Assembly (NCBI GenBank): GCA_013239625.1
Contig: MU056050.1
Location: forward strand, 7,358,773 to 7,422,772
Length of the DNA: 64,000 bases
Reading direction: 5' to 3'
DNA from: Lama guanicoe
Taxonomy: Eukaryota
Shown: one piece after another, positions 26,721 through 38,920 of the stretch
How the letters are laid out: each line of letters opens with the position of its first letter
Numbering within the stretch: the first letter of the stretch is position 1
Translations under genes and position numbers: made by a program
Notes under the pieces: generated by a model
The model's input: the letters and a program-made list of their open reading frames with translations, nothing else
Databases searched by the model: none
Told to the model about the DNA's origin: nothing

Positions 26721-28764
26721 AGTAATTCCTGGATCCCATTTAAAAATATCTGGGACAAGGGCCAAATAGGGAGAGACACAATACTTGGAATAAATCAAAA
26801 AAAAAAAGAGGGAGAAGTCAATTTGTGCAAAATATTCACCTGAAGAGCTCTTCTTCAGGCCTTCTATAATTACTTATCAACACATGGCTATCAAAGTACT
26901 CTAATCAGGGGAAAATAATTGACTACTTTAGGAAAACAAAATCAAGCTGGTTTCATGATCCCAAATCTTTTGCCAAACTGTAATCAGCAGATAGCAGATT
27001 CTGATCTCCTTTTGTGGTAATCTTTCTGAATGGAAAAAAGAAAGAATATCCACAAACTTAACCCAGATGAGAGACAGGACCTTGAGGATGATAACCATTT
27101 GTCAAATATTCTCCTTCTCACTACACACACTTGAACAGAAAGTGGAAGTTACACTTTACTTGGTTATTTTTACCTCAAGTCATTTATTCCTCTGCTAAGT
27201 AGTTTATTGATTCTTCAACATCAATTTAGAGCTGGAGTTTACAGCACTCCCATCAGAAATCTTACAGTGCTCAAAATAAATGTCTTGCCCAAATAATATC
27301 ATGTCAGTTGTTGAAGATGAACTCAGGAAAACAAATGCACCTAAAGGTAGAAACTAAATATAGGTATCTCCTTATACACACACACTTGGGATGTGACCTT
27401 TCTGAAAAGAAAAATGAGAAAAAAATCTATAACATACCAAGAATTCAGTAGTATAAGGAGTCTAATAAGGAAAGTGTTAGAATTCAGTATAGCCTACTAC
27501 CTCCCACTGATGTTCCATAACAGTTATTTTAGACAGGAAGCACAAGGTTGCCAAACCTTCTTGTTCTACATTCCCTGTGCTAGTTTCACATCCTACACGT
27601 CTAGCCCTAGTATTAAAAATATTGTCCATGGTATTTTACTTCCTGGCTTCTAGAGTAGGAGACTCTAAGCCCTGCCTATAAACTTTTTGGCATTCAAATT
27701 CCAACTTTCATCCTGTAAAAAATCACATCTGCCTACATACACCACCCCCTTCTAGCAAAATGTTGGTTATGCTCAAATACTTTGGGATTAGGAATGAGGA
27801 AGTCTTGAATTACATATCTAAGTATAACCCATTAACTGATGGGCCAGAGAAACACAAGAAAGACAGAAATGTTTTAACAGAGTCACCCAAGGTGTAAGTA
27901 TTCATGTATAACGACACATATATACAGGACTAAATTTCCTTTTCACCTTAGAAGGACACTTTCTTGAGTCTTAGCACTGCACTTTTAAAATAACTGCTTT
28001 ACATGTTGATTTGAAGTTGCAACTCATCTGAGACACTTAGGGGATTCCCCAAAGTGCACCCGAATTTGGGCATAAATTAAATTGTAATTACTTCTCATTC
28101 CTTTTCTCCAATTTCTTCATGATCATTCTTCCTGATATGGCCTTATGTTCTTTAGGGGCTTGTGGAAAGGGGCCCAACATACCAGGTGGCCTTTTAAAAC
28201 TGCATGACCAGGCAGGACCATTCATTCAACAAATATTTATTGAGTACCTGCTAGGTGCCAGGCACTGTTCTAGAAGCTGGCATAACAAGCCTATGAAGGG
28301 GATGTACAGGTTTATATGAGCTTAAGAGAATAACAAGGAGAGAAAGATATCTGATTTCTAAATCTGTTCCTTTTTTGTTCTTAATCAGGCAATGGAACTG
28401 TGACTGCCATAGGCTGTCAGCAGCAGGTGAGATGTCAAATAAGGGGTCTCTTCCCCAAGGCAACCTGACTTCAGCTTTCTTCCTTTCTAATTCCAGCGTA
28501 GCACACCTCAAGATTCAGGGAAAAGAGATCTGAAAAATGAAGGCAATTTTGTGCTGAGTAACTGAGACAAATGGAACACTCTCTAAAGCCTGTTCTCCAA
28601 ACCATCCCTGCCCTGAGCCCTGTTCTCCACTGTCACTTGCTTTTTATCTTGGTTTTAAGGTCACCTTTTTCCTGCCAGCATTGCAATGCACCACATGGAG
28701 GCAGTTCAAGTACACAATTATCTTTACTCTGGTGAGAGGAAACCTTAGAGTAAATTCTATACAG

Positions 28765-28895
28765 ATCATTCATTCACTCAACAAATATTTAGTGAGCACC
28801 TACTATGAGCCAAGGATGGCTCTTGGTGCTGAGAATCTATCAGTGAACACACAGATAATAAGCCCTACTCTCATGGAGTTTACAGTTTAAGTGGG
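28765..28895 (-). mobile_element. L2 3' end (another short copy at about 28219-28285)
   Basis: 'cattcattcactcaacaaatatttagtgagcacctactatgagcc..ctcatggagtttacagttta'. Confidence 0.8.
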
Positions 28896-29037
28896 AATTG
28901 TTGAGATGTTACAGTTAATTTTGCAATAACCCCACAGCTTAATAGTGGTTCAGGTGATTACACATTCCCTTCTTGTTTCTCCTTTTTCTAACTACTATTC
29001 TAGAATCCAGCCTTTGTGCCTATGTCTTCTTGCTGCT

Positions 29038-30268
29038 TTTTTTATTTTAAAGTGTGGTGGATTTACAACATTATATTAGTTTCAGGTGTACAACACAGTG
29101 ATTCAATATTTTTATAGATTATACTCCATTTAAGGTTACTACAAAATAATGGCTATATTTCTCTGTGCTAGTCATTATATTCTTGTTGCTTATGTATTTT
29201 ATACATAGTAGTTTGTATCTCTCAACCCCTATTTGCCCCTCTCTTTCCCCCTCATTGGTAACCATGACTTTGTTTTCTATATCTGTGAGTCTGTTTCTAT
29301 TTTGTTATAATACATTTGTTTTAATTTTTTACATTTTGCATATAAGTGAAATCATACAGTACTTGTGTTTCTCTGTCTGATTTATTTCACTGAGCATACT
29401 ACTCTCTAGGTCCATCCATGTTGTTGCAAGTGGCAGAATTTCATTCTTTTTCATGGCTAAGTAATATTCCATTGTGTGTGTATATGTATATATATATCTT
29501 TTTTTTCACTTTTTTAGTTGAAGTATAGTTGAGGTACAAAATTATATGTTACAGGTGTACAACATAGTGATTCACAATTTTTAAAGGTTATATTTAATTT
29601 ATAGTTACTACAAAATACTGGATATATTCCCTGTGTTATATAATGCATCCTTGTATCTTATTTAATTTATACATAATAGTTTGTACCTCTTAATCCCCTA
29701 CCCTTATCCTGCCCCGCCTTCCCTCTCTCCACTAATAACCACTAGTTTGTTTTCTATATCTGTGAGTCTGTTTCTTTTCTGTTGTATTCACTGGTTTTTT
29801 TTTTTTAGATTCCACATATAAGTGATATCATACAGTATTTGTCCTTTTCTGTACGACTTACTTCACTTAGCAAAATACTCTCCAAGTCCATCCATGTTGT
29901 TGCAAATGGCAAAATTTCACTCCTTTTTTAAGGCTGAGTAATATTCCATTGTATAAAGATATACCACATCTTCTTTATCCATTCATCTGTTGATGGACCC
30001 TTAGGTTGGCTCCATATCTTGGCAACTGTAAATAATACTATTATTAATGCACTGGGGTACATGTATCTTTTTGAATTAGTGTTTTTATTTTTTTCAGATG
30101 TATACCCAGGAGTAGAATTGCTGCATCATGTGGTAGTTGTATTTTTTTTGAGAAATCTCCATACTGTTTTCCACAGTGGCTGCACCAATTTACATTACCA
30201 ACAACAGTGTACAAGGGTTCCTTTTCTCCATATGCTCACCAACATTTGTTATTTCTGGTCTTTGTAAT
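29038..30268 (-). mobile_element. Two tandem/nested cetartiodactyl-type LINE-1 3' ends (29038-29498 and 29499-30268)
   Basis: Two poly-T-led copies of 'caggtgtacaaca[c/t]agtgattca..gtaatattccattgt'; ORF2 C-terminal antisense sequence continues only after the second. Confidence 0.9.
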
Positions 30269-31429
30269 AAAATGCCAATAATATAGACATATCAATAATT
30301 ACTTCACCTTCTTGCTGCTTTTGATGTTACTGTACTTCACTTCTACTCCTAGGTCTAGCCTGATGCTCTCTTTCAGCTGCCTCTACACCTCTCTCAGGTT
30401 CTCAGGCACGCTCCCTTTAGCTGTGATTATCCCTAATGAACAGAGCTCTCCTTACAATGGTGCTCCATCTTTCTTAATTCTGGTGATAGCAATTTGACCA
30501 AAATTACCAGGGTACTGGACTCTGGCTTCTGATCTTGGGAATCTCTGATAAGCCTCTTAGCTGAACCTCCAACTCCATTTACAAATCCTTGCTTTGCTTA
30601 ACTCCTGTCCAATTTTTTCTTTCTGTTTACTTTGTACTTCTATTTTTTCCTGACAAACATTTCTCATACAAGTTGAGACAGGAAGATAGCTGGGAATACG
30701 AAAGAGCAGGATTCAATTTAAGTAAATCTATTTGTTTAAAAAAATCTAGATTGTCAAGAATGATTTGAAAAATGAGAGCTTTTGGGGCCAGGTACCATGT
30801 CTTCATAAGACTCTGATCTCATATATATGCTGTTGCTTCCTGTGGAATTTCTTCAAGCTGTTCTTTAAAATAATTGTGCTGTTTGTTTCTGGGTTCTTAT
30901 GGGGTTTTAGCATTTTGAAACCACAGGGGCAAACAGGAAAATCTTAAAATGTGGTTATTCAGCAGTCAAATAAAATGTTATAATAAATTTCCCCATTTTC
31001 CCCACCATCTAATTTTTTCCATCCCATCTGAAATAGAAAGCAAGTTGAAAATATTTCAGTCCAAAGAGTAATTTTATGAAAAAGATAAGCACCTAGGAAC
31101 AGAGACTTGTAATGGAAGTGTCTCCTCTAGCACAGAGCAACACTAATGTAATTCAATAAAGTTCAAAAAACCATCCCTGCCAATCAAAATCTAGAAAAGA
31201 CAATTTCCTGTTTGTGGAAATAGATGTGATACTGAACAGAACCAAATCAGGCTGCAATTAACTCAGAAAAATATCTGATACCCTAGACTCAGGTTAGCTA
31301 GAAGAATGTTGCTGCATTTTAACACATTTGCCTACTAGTTTAATAAAATTAAGACTTCCAAGAGAATTCTCATCCTAGGGATTGGGGGGGACGGTAAGCA
31401 GTGAGCTATATAGGGAAAAACTATATAGG

Positions 31430-31662
31430 AAAAATAGCTACCATTCACCGAGAGTTTATTATGTGTAAGATATTTGAAAAGTGCTTTATATACATTTTCT
31501 CATTTATTCTCACCATAATTTTAACAGATGAGTGCTCTTATTAGGTCAGTTTTTCAGATGAGGCAACTGAAGCTCCGAGATTATTAGATGTGTAAATTAA
31601 CACAGTAAGGAATAAAATTCAGACCCAGATCTGTTCTTAACTGCTAGGCTATGTTGCCACTC
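31430..31662 (-). mobile_element. MIR
   Basis: 'aatagctaccattcaccgag..ctcatttattctcacc..ttttcagatgaggcaactgaagctc'. Confidence 0.75.
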
Positions 31663-31679
31663 AGAGAATATACAAAGGA

Positions 31680-31731
31680 TATATCTATATAATATATATT
31701 TATGTATTATATATATATATATATATATATT
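31680..31731. repeat. (TA)n microsatellite
   Basis: Visible directly. Confidence 0.9.
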
Positions 31732-31764
31732 TACAATAGATCAATTCTAAAATGAATCACCAAG

Positions 31765-31965
31765 GCATGAAGCAGCATGACAGAGTAGAAAAAGTGCTTG
31801 ATTAGGAGTCCTGAGACTTTGGTTCTACTCTATGCTCTAATGCTAATTAGTTGTATTGGCCTTAGATGAGTCATTTAACACCTCTGGGCCTCAGTTTCTC
31901 CATCTATAAAACAAGGATATGAAGCTAAAATTTCTATAACATCTCAGTCAGCTCTGCCATTCTAT
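31765..31965 (+). mobile_element. MIR (MIRc/MIR3-like)
   Basis: 'agtcatttaacacctctgggcctcagtttctccatctataaaa' core. Confidence 0.8.
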
Positions 31966-33608
31966 TTCTCCACTGAAATAAGCTATGTCACATGTATTAC
32001 CATGTTTTAGGGATAATACAAACTGAAAGCAACTCGAGGAATAAATTCTGCTGAAAAGTGTACCCTGACACAAGCAGATCTGCTAGAAAGAGGGAGATGA
32101 TTTCTAAAGGAGAAACTTTTTGTGATAGCAAATGGAGCTGCCAGCATAGTCTTTGAACTCTCCTTCACCATCAGCCAAAGAGAAGCTTCAGTTAATCTTC
32201 ACTAAAAATGACAGTGTGCAAGTATTTTGGACCTTTAGGTCGAGGCTAAGTTGGCAAGAACTAAATGGAGAGAAAACCATTTTACAGGGTCACTGCTAAG
32301 CTCAGAATCATGGGATTTCTGAAGAAAGTGTTTATGGGTGACTAAATCAAAGGCCTCAGTTAAGGCCATAAAAATGGTTCTAATAATATATGCCTCATAC
32401 ATTGTTTCTGAAATATCATTGGTGCTTTAAGTAAAGTTGAATTGAGAGAAAGGCTAGCTATGAAACATAACTAGACCACAGTTAGAGAATTCCCTTCTCT
32501 AGAGGATTGAGCATCTGGGAATTTTATAAAAACTTCATGTAATGTTGGCCAAGACACATGGACTCATGATCAGGGTAGGCAGACTCTGATTTTTGATCCT
32601 TTATACAATGCACAATGCCAAATTGATCAAATTGATCAGTGTCTCCAGAAAGAATGGACACATTCAAAGATTCAACTGGCCTTCGATGGGGATTCCAGCC
32701 TGTTTGAGGAGCAACTGATTGAAAAATGTTAAGGTTTTATGTTTGTATTTCTCCAGAGCAGTTCTTGACTAGCTTCTCTCTGTCCCATTGCCTTCCCAGG
32801 TCATCTTCCGTCGTTATATTTGCCATAGGAATTAGTGATAAGCCACACTCCTAGATGCCTTTCCAATTCTCTCAAGACAAAGGAGGTTAATATTAGTGTC
32901 GTCTCACTTCTACCACTGACAGTGATGGAATTCCTAAAGAGCTCATTTTCCCCCCAAAATACTTTATTTTAGAAAGGTAGCCAAAGAAAGCCAAAGAAAG
33001 GTAAAGAAAGGCTGAGGGAGAGAGAGCAATTTTGTGTAGTTCTTTAGCTATATCTGTGGGTTATTTTCCTCAGAGTATTGTACATTCATATTTTTCAATT
33101 AAATGAAACCCTTCATGTTCTGTGTGAGAATGCTACATGAGTCACAGATGGCTTTTTTAATTGGCCAATATTAGAAATAAAAAGGTGCCTGAATAGATAA
33201 GTGACATTATCACAAGATTGGAAAGGGAAGAACCATATGGCAGATTAATGCAAGGAATTATTAAGATAAAATGAAAGAGTTGGAATTTGAAAGTGGGTGC
33301 TAGTTTCATTTGGATTATAAACTATCACAATTTAAAGAGAGAACCCTGAAGGCTAATCAATTATCATTAATGGATTTCTTTTGACTTTGTCCAATGATTT
33401 CTAAATTTGTTCTTGCAACAGATCCTTGGAATGGCTTCTCTCCATTTGATGGACCAGGGCATCAACTTATACTTTTCCTGTGCCAATAGCTCATCTACAT
33501 ATTAACACAAGTGGTGCCTGTCTATCTATGAGCTCTGAGTACCCAACTAAGTCCACAAAAGTCTTAGGAAGGGCATGGATGCTCACTAACCAATAGATGT
33601 GTCAATGT

Positions 33609-34530
33609 AGAATCATATAATTTTAGAGCTGAAATAGGCCTTTGAGTTTACCTTACTCTTAACCTTACTTTCAGTGAAGTAATCTCATGCACAGTAAGCA
33701 GCACCTAGACTCTACTTAAATACTTTCAGGGTTGGAAAAGTCCCTATTTCATCAGAACACTCATTCTACTGCCAGACAATTTGAGTAGAAAATTGCTAGG
33801 CTAGGCTAAAATCTGCCTTCCTATGACTACCTGAGCTCATATCCAGGCTCCCTCACTTATATGATGTTGAGTACATTACTTAGTCTGTGTTTCAGTTTCC
33901 TTGTGTAAAATGGAAATAATAATAGTGCCTACATTTTAGGGTTACTATAAGGATTAAACATGTCAATGTAAATCAAGTGCTTAGTATAGTTCCTGGCACA
34001 AAATAGGTGTTCAGTAAATGTCAGCTATTGCTTTTATTGCTAAAACTACTACTAATTTTATAACACCTATTACTATCATGACCATATCAATCCTAATCCT
34101 CTTCTTTATATCAGCTCTTCAAATATTTGAAGACTCCTCTATCTAAAGCATGAGCTTTAGAGCTGTGCCTCCTATCTCTGTTCCTTATTAACTCTGTGAT
34201 AGGCATCTGATAACTTCAAACCACATACCTCCAAGAGAGATAGTACTTCCTGCATAGAGTGGTATGAGGGTGAAAGGAGGTAACATATGCAAAGTGCCTG
34301 GCACACAGTAGGTACTTAAACATATGTCAGTTTGCTTCCCCTTCTCCATGCGTAAGTTTTCTCTTTTCCAGGCACTAAAAGCACCAATTTCTAACCTTTC
34401 TTTTTATGACTGGGTTTTCCAGTCCCTGACTATCTTTGTTTTATTTTCGTTTGTCAAGTGGCTTTCTTAAGATGTAGTACCCAGGACAGAAAGCATCATA
34501 TCAGAGGTGTGATCCAAGTATGTCATGCAA
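33609..34530 (-). mobile_element. L3/CR1 LINE remnant interrupted by two + strand MIRs (about 33830-34040 and 34150-34340)
   Basis: 'aatcatataattttagagctg..cttaaatactttcaggg..aaaatctgccttcct', 'ctcttcaaatatttgaagac' and 'tctcttttccaggc..ttcttaagatgtagtacccagga' follow the recalled L3 order; MIR cores lie between. Confidence 0.7.
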
Positions 34531-35032
34531 AGTAGAATGAAACTTCAGTCTTAAGATTCTTTAATCTTGGGAAGATACAGTTCAGCTAAAGGCATATGTG
34601 GGCAAGGCAGAGGTTACATATAGTCTCTTATCATCATGATTCTTTTTGCTCATTGATTTCCTTTTTCCTGGCCTACGGGCTAATGAGTGATCGATTCCAT
34701 CAAAACTTCAAGTTACTTATTGAATCAGAGCAGTGGTACTGGCCAGCTCCAGTAGCTCTTTCCTAGGACTCTCCTTTCTTAGCAGGTTGTGATGCATACA
34801 TAATGCAGTGAATCTAATTCCTGCCACATATATTGAGGGGCATTACAGTCAAAGCATCACTCTCAATCCATTTTACGTGGTTGCTTTCCAAAGCAACTTA
34901 TTGGATTAAAAAGATAACAATTTTAATCTTGTTGGTTAGTACTGATTAAGCACCTCTGGGCATGCAGAGAGGTAGAGTGCATGCTTTGAAAGTATAAGGC
35001 CAGTGTTCAGTTTCCACCTTTCCAATTTTCTG

Positions 35033-35225
35033 GAGGCAGGGTAGAATACTAAGATCATTAAGAGTCATGAAACTTGAGATAGAGCCCTATCTATGCCACT
35101 AACTTTGTGTATGATCTTGGATAAGTCATTTAACTTATTTGGATCATAGTTGCTGCATCTGTACAATGAGAGGGTTGGATTAGATAAATTTTAATGTCTC
35201 TCCTGGATCCACTACTGTACTGTTC
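35033..35225 (+). mobile_element. MIR3/MIRc-like SINE
   Basis: 'tgatcttggataagtcatttaac..catctgtacaatgagagggttggattagat'. Confidence 0.75.
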
Positions 35226-37419
35226 TATTCTGTAGCTTAATGACTAATTAAAGAACTATATTTTCCCATACAATGCTTATCTTTTATGTCAGTTATTGTG
35301 GAGGAATAGCCCAGACAAAATAGGATTTTTAAATAATTTTTGTAATTTTAATAGAGAACTGAAACAATTCAGCATTTCTTCTCCCAATCTCTTGCATATC
35401 TATTTTTAAAGCAGCTAATTAAATGGTGTTTTACAAAAATTATCATTATATATCCAAGCTGAAGAGGAGAGTTCAACATCTACAACTGGGGTAAAACAGA
35501 GTAAGTTACATTGAACAGGACCATTTATAATGTGTTAACCATAGGCAATGCCTTGGAACTTGACTTTGAGTAGACACTATACTCCTTACAGCTCAATTTA
35601 GTAATATGCTGTGAGAACATCTGAGAACATATATCATCCATGACCTTGAGTCAGCAATCACTCAATAAGCATGTTTAAAATTGTTATTAATGTAAATCTT
35701 AAGTTAGCCGTCAAAAATACTGTAAAGTAATGTTTTTTTGCCATTAGTGCTTATAAAAATTTGGTTTATAAGAGATTTCTAATATGCAGGCTGATCTTTT
35801 GGATAGGCTCTACTCTTTTTTTTTACAATTCTCTTATAAAACAGCTATTAAAGCTCTTGCTTTACTTATATGAAACTTATAGTCTTTAGAATCAACAGTA
35901 CTGGTGATACTTACTAATAAAAATGTACCATAAAACACCGATAAAACTTGTGTCTGTGGCTTCTAACTCAGGAAACACCACACTGAGTCATGCACTATGA
36001 ATTCTGGCATTTGGACTTTGACTGTAGCATCACAGGATTGTTCCAGAGAACATGGTCTTTTCCCTCTATAAGTATGCTCCCTTATGTTAAGAATGTTTAG
36101 TAAATAACACACACAAAGATACACAAACACACACACGGGTTTTGTGGAGTATATTCTACTTGTTATCACCTATTTCTTTATCAGGCTAAAAAGACAGCAC
36201 ATATGAAAATAATGAGGAACCTCTGTTTTTTTTTTACATTTTGGCATTCTTCAGTTAGATTCATGCAGTGGCTAAAAGATGAACCAAAATAGAAGAGGGG
36301 GAAACCTCGGCTCACCACAGCATCATTTATTTAAAGGTCAGAAGAATTTAGGCTCACTTCCCATCGTTAATTCACTCCAACATGACAATTGTTTCCATGA
36401 TGCCTAATAATCTCATCTGTGGCTAGCGGGGAATAAGCAGCAGAATTTCCAAAGGCCTATGTCATACTCTGCTTTCCCCAGGTAGGATCCTTGTTGTTAT
36501 CCCTGAACTGTGACTGAAGGGCCACTACACAGCAGATGGTAAGAAAAGAAGACCAAAGTTTAAATTAACAACCATCAACACCAACATTAAGCTTCCCTTT
36601 GAAACAACAGAAACTGTGAAATCTGGGTCTACATTTCTGTTGAAGGCCAACAAAGGGCCTTCTTAGGGGAAACAGGGATTACTGCCTTTCTTAGCATAAA
36701 TGCACCAAGCAAGAATACATCAAGCAGAAGATAATAGTGCATCTCTAATTCAGCAATTGTCATAGGACTCTTTCCTTCTCCTCAATTAAACAGTTAACAG
36801 GAAGCTGGGATTCACACAAAGAAATTCACCCCTCCTCCCCTCTTTCCCAGCATGATATATGCATAGCCCCTGGAGACGCAAATTAATGTCTTCATAGACC
36901 AAAAGCCCCAGCTGTTTTGGAAAACCTATGACAAAGCTTAACTAAGGTTCACGCATACAAACATAAAGCTCCCATAATTACTAAGCTGGGCATTACAAAG
37001 CTGGCTCCTCAATCAAGGGTCTAAAGCCAGCCTTACTGCCTCTCTCATTTCCAGCTTGTCTGGCCTGAATATACCTATAGTGCTAATTTAGTACTGCCTG
37101 AGGCATTGTGGATTCTGGGTAGATAGACACCTTAAGCAAAGCTGAGGAAGAGATAGAGAACTGTTGGGATTTAAAAATCACAATTCATTATTTATTAATA
37201 TCAGACAGAAGCATTGGAAATCTGTGAAATTCCATTTCGTATAGACCTGATTTCCTTGGTTTATTTGTCCTTTTTTTTAATGGTAAGAAATATGAAAATG
37301 ACATGACAAATTTAAAGAACATTCTAAAAGGTACTCAACATCCTCAATTTGGTCTTAAATGAACAAAAGACAAGCTTCCCCTCCACACCCTACCTCTTTG
37401 GAAATGTGTGGCCAGCACT

Positions 37420-38920
37420 TGCTGTTCCCACTTCCTCTTCTCTCATCCACTCCTTAATCACTGCATTTTGGATTCTGTCCACAGCATTTTACTGAAACAA
37501 CCCTTGCAAAGGTCACTGGCACTCATTGTTGCTAAAGCCAATGATCACTTTTCAGTCCTTACCTTACTTTCTCTCTGCAGTACTTAACTCTGCTGACCAT
37601 TCTGGCTTTCCTGAAACTCCTTCCCTCGCCTTCTATGATACCCCCTAACTCTCCTGTTTCTCTTTCTCCATTTCCTTCACGAACTTCTCTTCCTTTATTC
37701 ATTTCTTAAATGCCAGTGTTTCATCTTTATGTCTCTTTTCTTCTTATTCCACAATCAGGGGTTCTTAATCTAGACAATATAAGGGTTCACAGATATGCTT
37801 CAGGAGGTCTATGAACCTCCTAAAATTGCATACAGAATTGTATATGGGGAGAGGATCTATAGTTGTCAGATACTCAAAGGAGTCTAAGACCAAATAAGGT
37901 TTAAGGGCAGCTGATCTTCAGACTGGCTCTGGGTAATCCCACAACTTGAAATTGTCTCTCTGTTTAGGCTGATAACTCCGATATCTCTATCTCCAGTCCA
38001 GATTGTTATCAGTGTGGGTATCCTTTGGATACCTCAAACTTAACTTTTCTTTACTCAACAATCCTGTTCCTTCTCCCATGCTCTCCATGTCAGTAAATGA
38101 CACACAACCCATCTAGCTGTTCAGTCCAGAAGCCTGGGAGTTATCCATATTCTTCCCTCCCCCTCATTCACTACATCCAGTAACCAAGTCCTATGGACTC
38201 TACCTCCCATCTCAGATATGAACACTCCTCTTCATCCTAATCATTATTATCTAGTCCAGGTAGGTTACTGCAACAGCCTCATCATGTGTCTTTCTGTCTC
38301 CTGTCAATCTCCAGCTGCAGATAGAGTGATATTTCTAAAAGGCAAACACGATCATGTCATTCCCAGACTTAAAAACTCTTCAGTGACTTTTATATTGCTC
38401 TTAGACTGCAGAACTTCAAACTCCCTGACATGGCAAATAAGGTCCTTTATGACCTGGCTCCTTCTTATCTGTACAGTCTCATCCATATTCTACAGTTCCC
38501 TTAACAAACCCCCTTAAGAACCCTTCCCCACAACCCTTAACTACACTATAGTCTCTAGTCATAATGAACTATTTTCAGTTCTTGCCTCAGGGATTTCATA
38601 TACTTTAACATCAGTCTGGAACACTCTGCCCCACCTTGGCCTGGGTAATCTCTGCCAAGAAGTTATCCCTAGCCACCAAAAGCTGGGTTAGGGGGCACCT
38701 CTTACATGCTTTGTTAGCATCCTTCATGTACTACAGAAATATATTCTGTATTGTGATTGCCTATTTCTCTGCTTCTCTATTTACCACTAAAAGTTTGGTG
38801 AATAAAGTATAAGCTCCTTGAGGTCAGGGGTCATGTGGTATTCTTAGCACCTAGCACTATGTGTGGCACATCACAGTTGGTCAATAAATATATGTTGATT
38901 TACTGAATGAATTAATGGAC
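37420..38920 (+). mobile_element. L2, about 1.3 kb, interrupted by a MITE
   Basis: L2 body 'actgaaacaacccttgcaaaggtcac..' to terminus 'gtggcacatcacagttggtcaataaatatatgttgatttactgaatgaat'. Confidence 0.8.
37756..37913. mobile_element. hAT-Charlie MER-type MITE
   Basis: TIR-like ends 'caggggttcttaa' and 'ttaagggcagctg'; internal 'gcttcaggaggtctatgaacctcctaaaattg..ggggagaggatctatag'. Confidence 0.7.

Noticed and set aside
35612..35631. Direct repeat tgagaacat x2 as a steroid receptor element
   Set aside because: The spacing is 4 nt rather than 3, and a small tandem duplication explains it, like those near 32620 and 32979.
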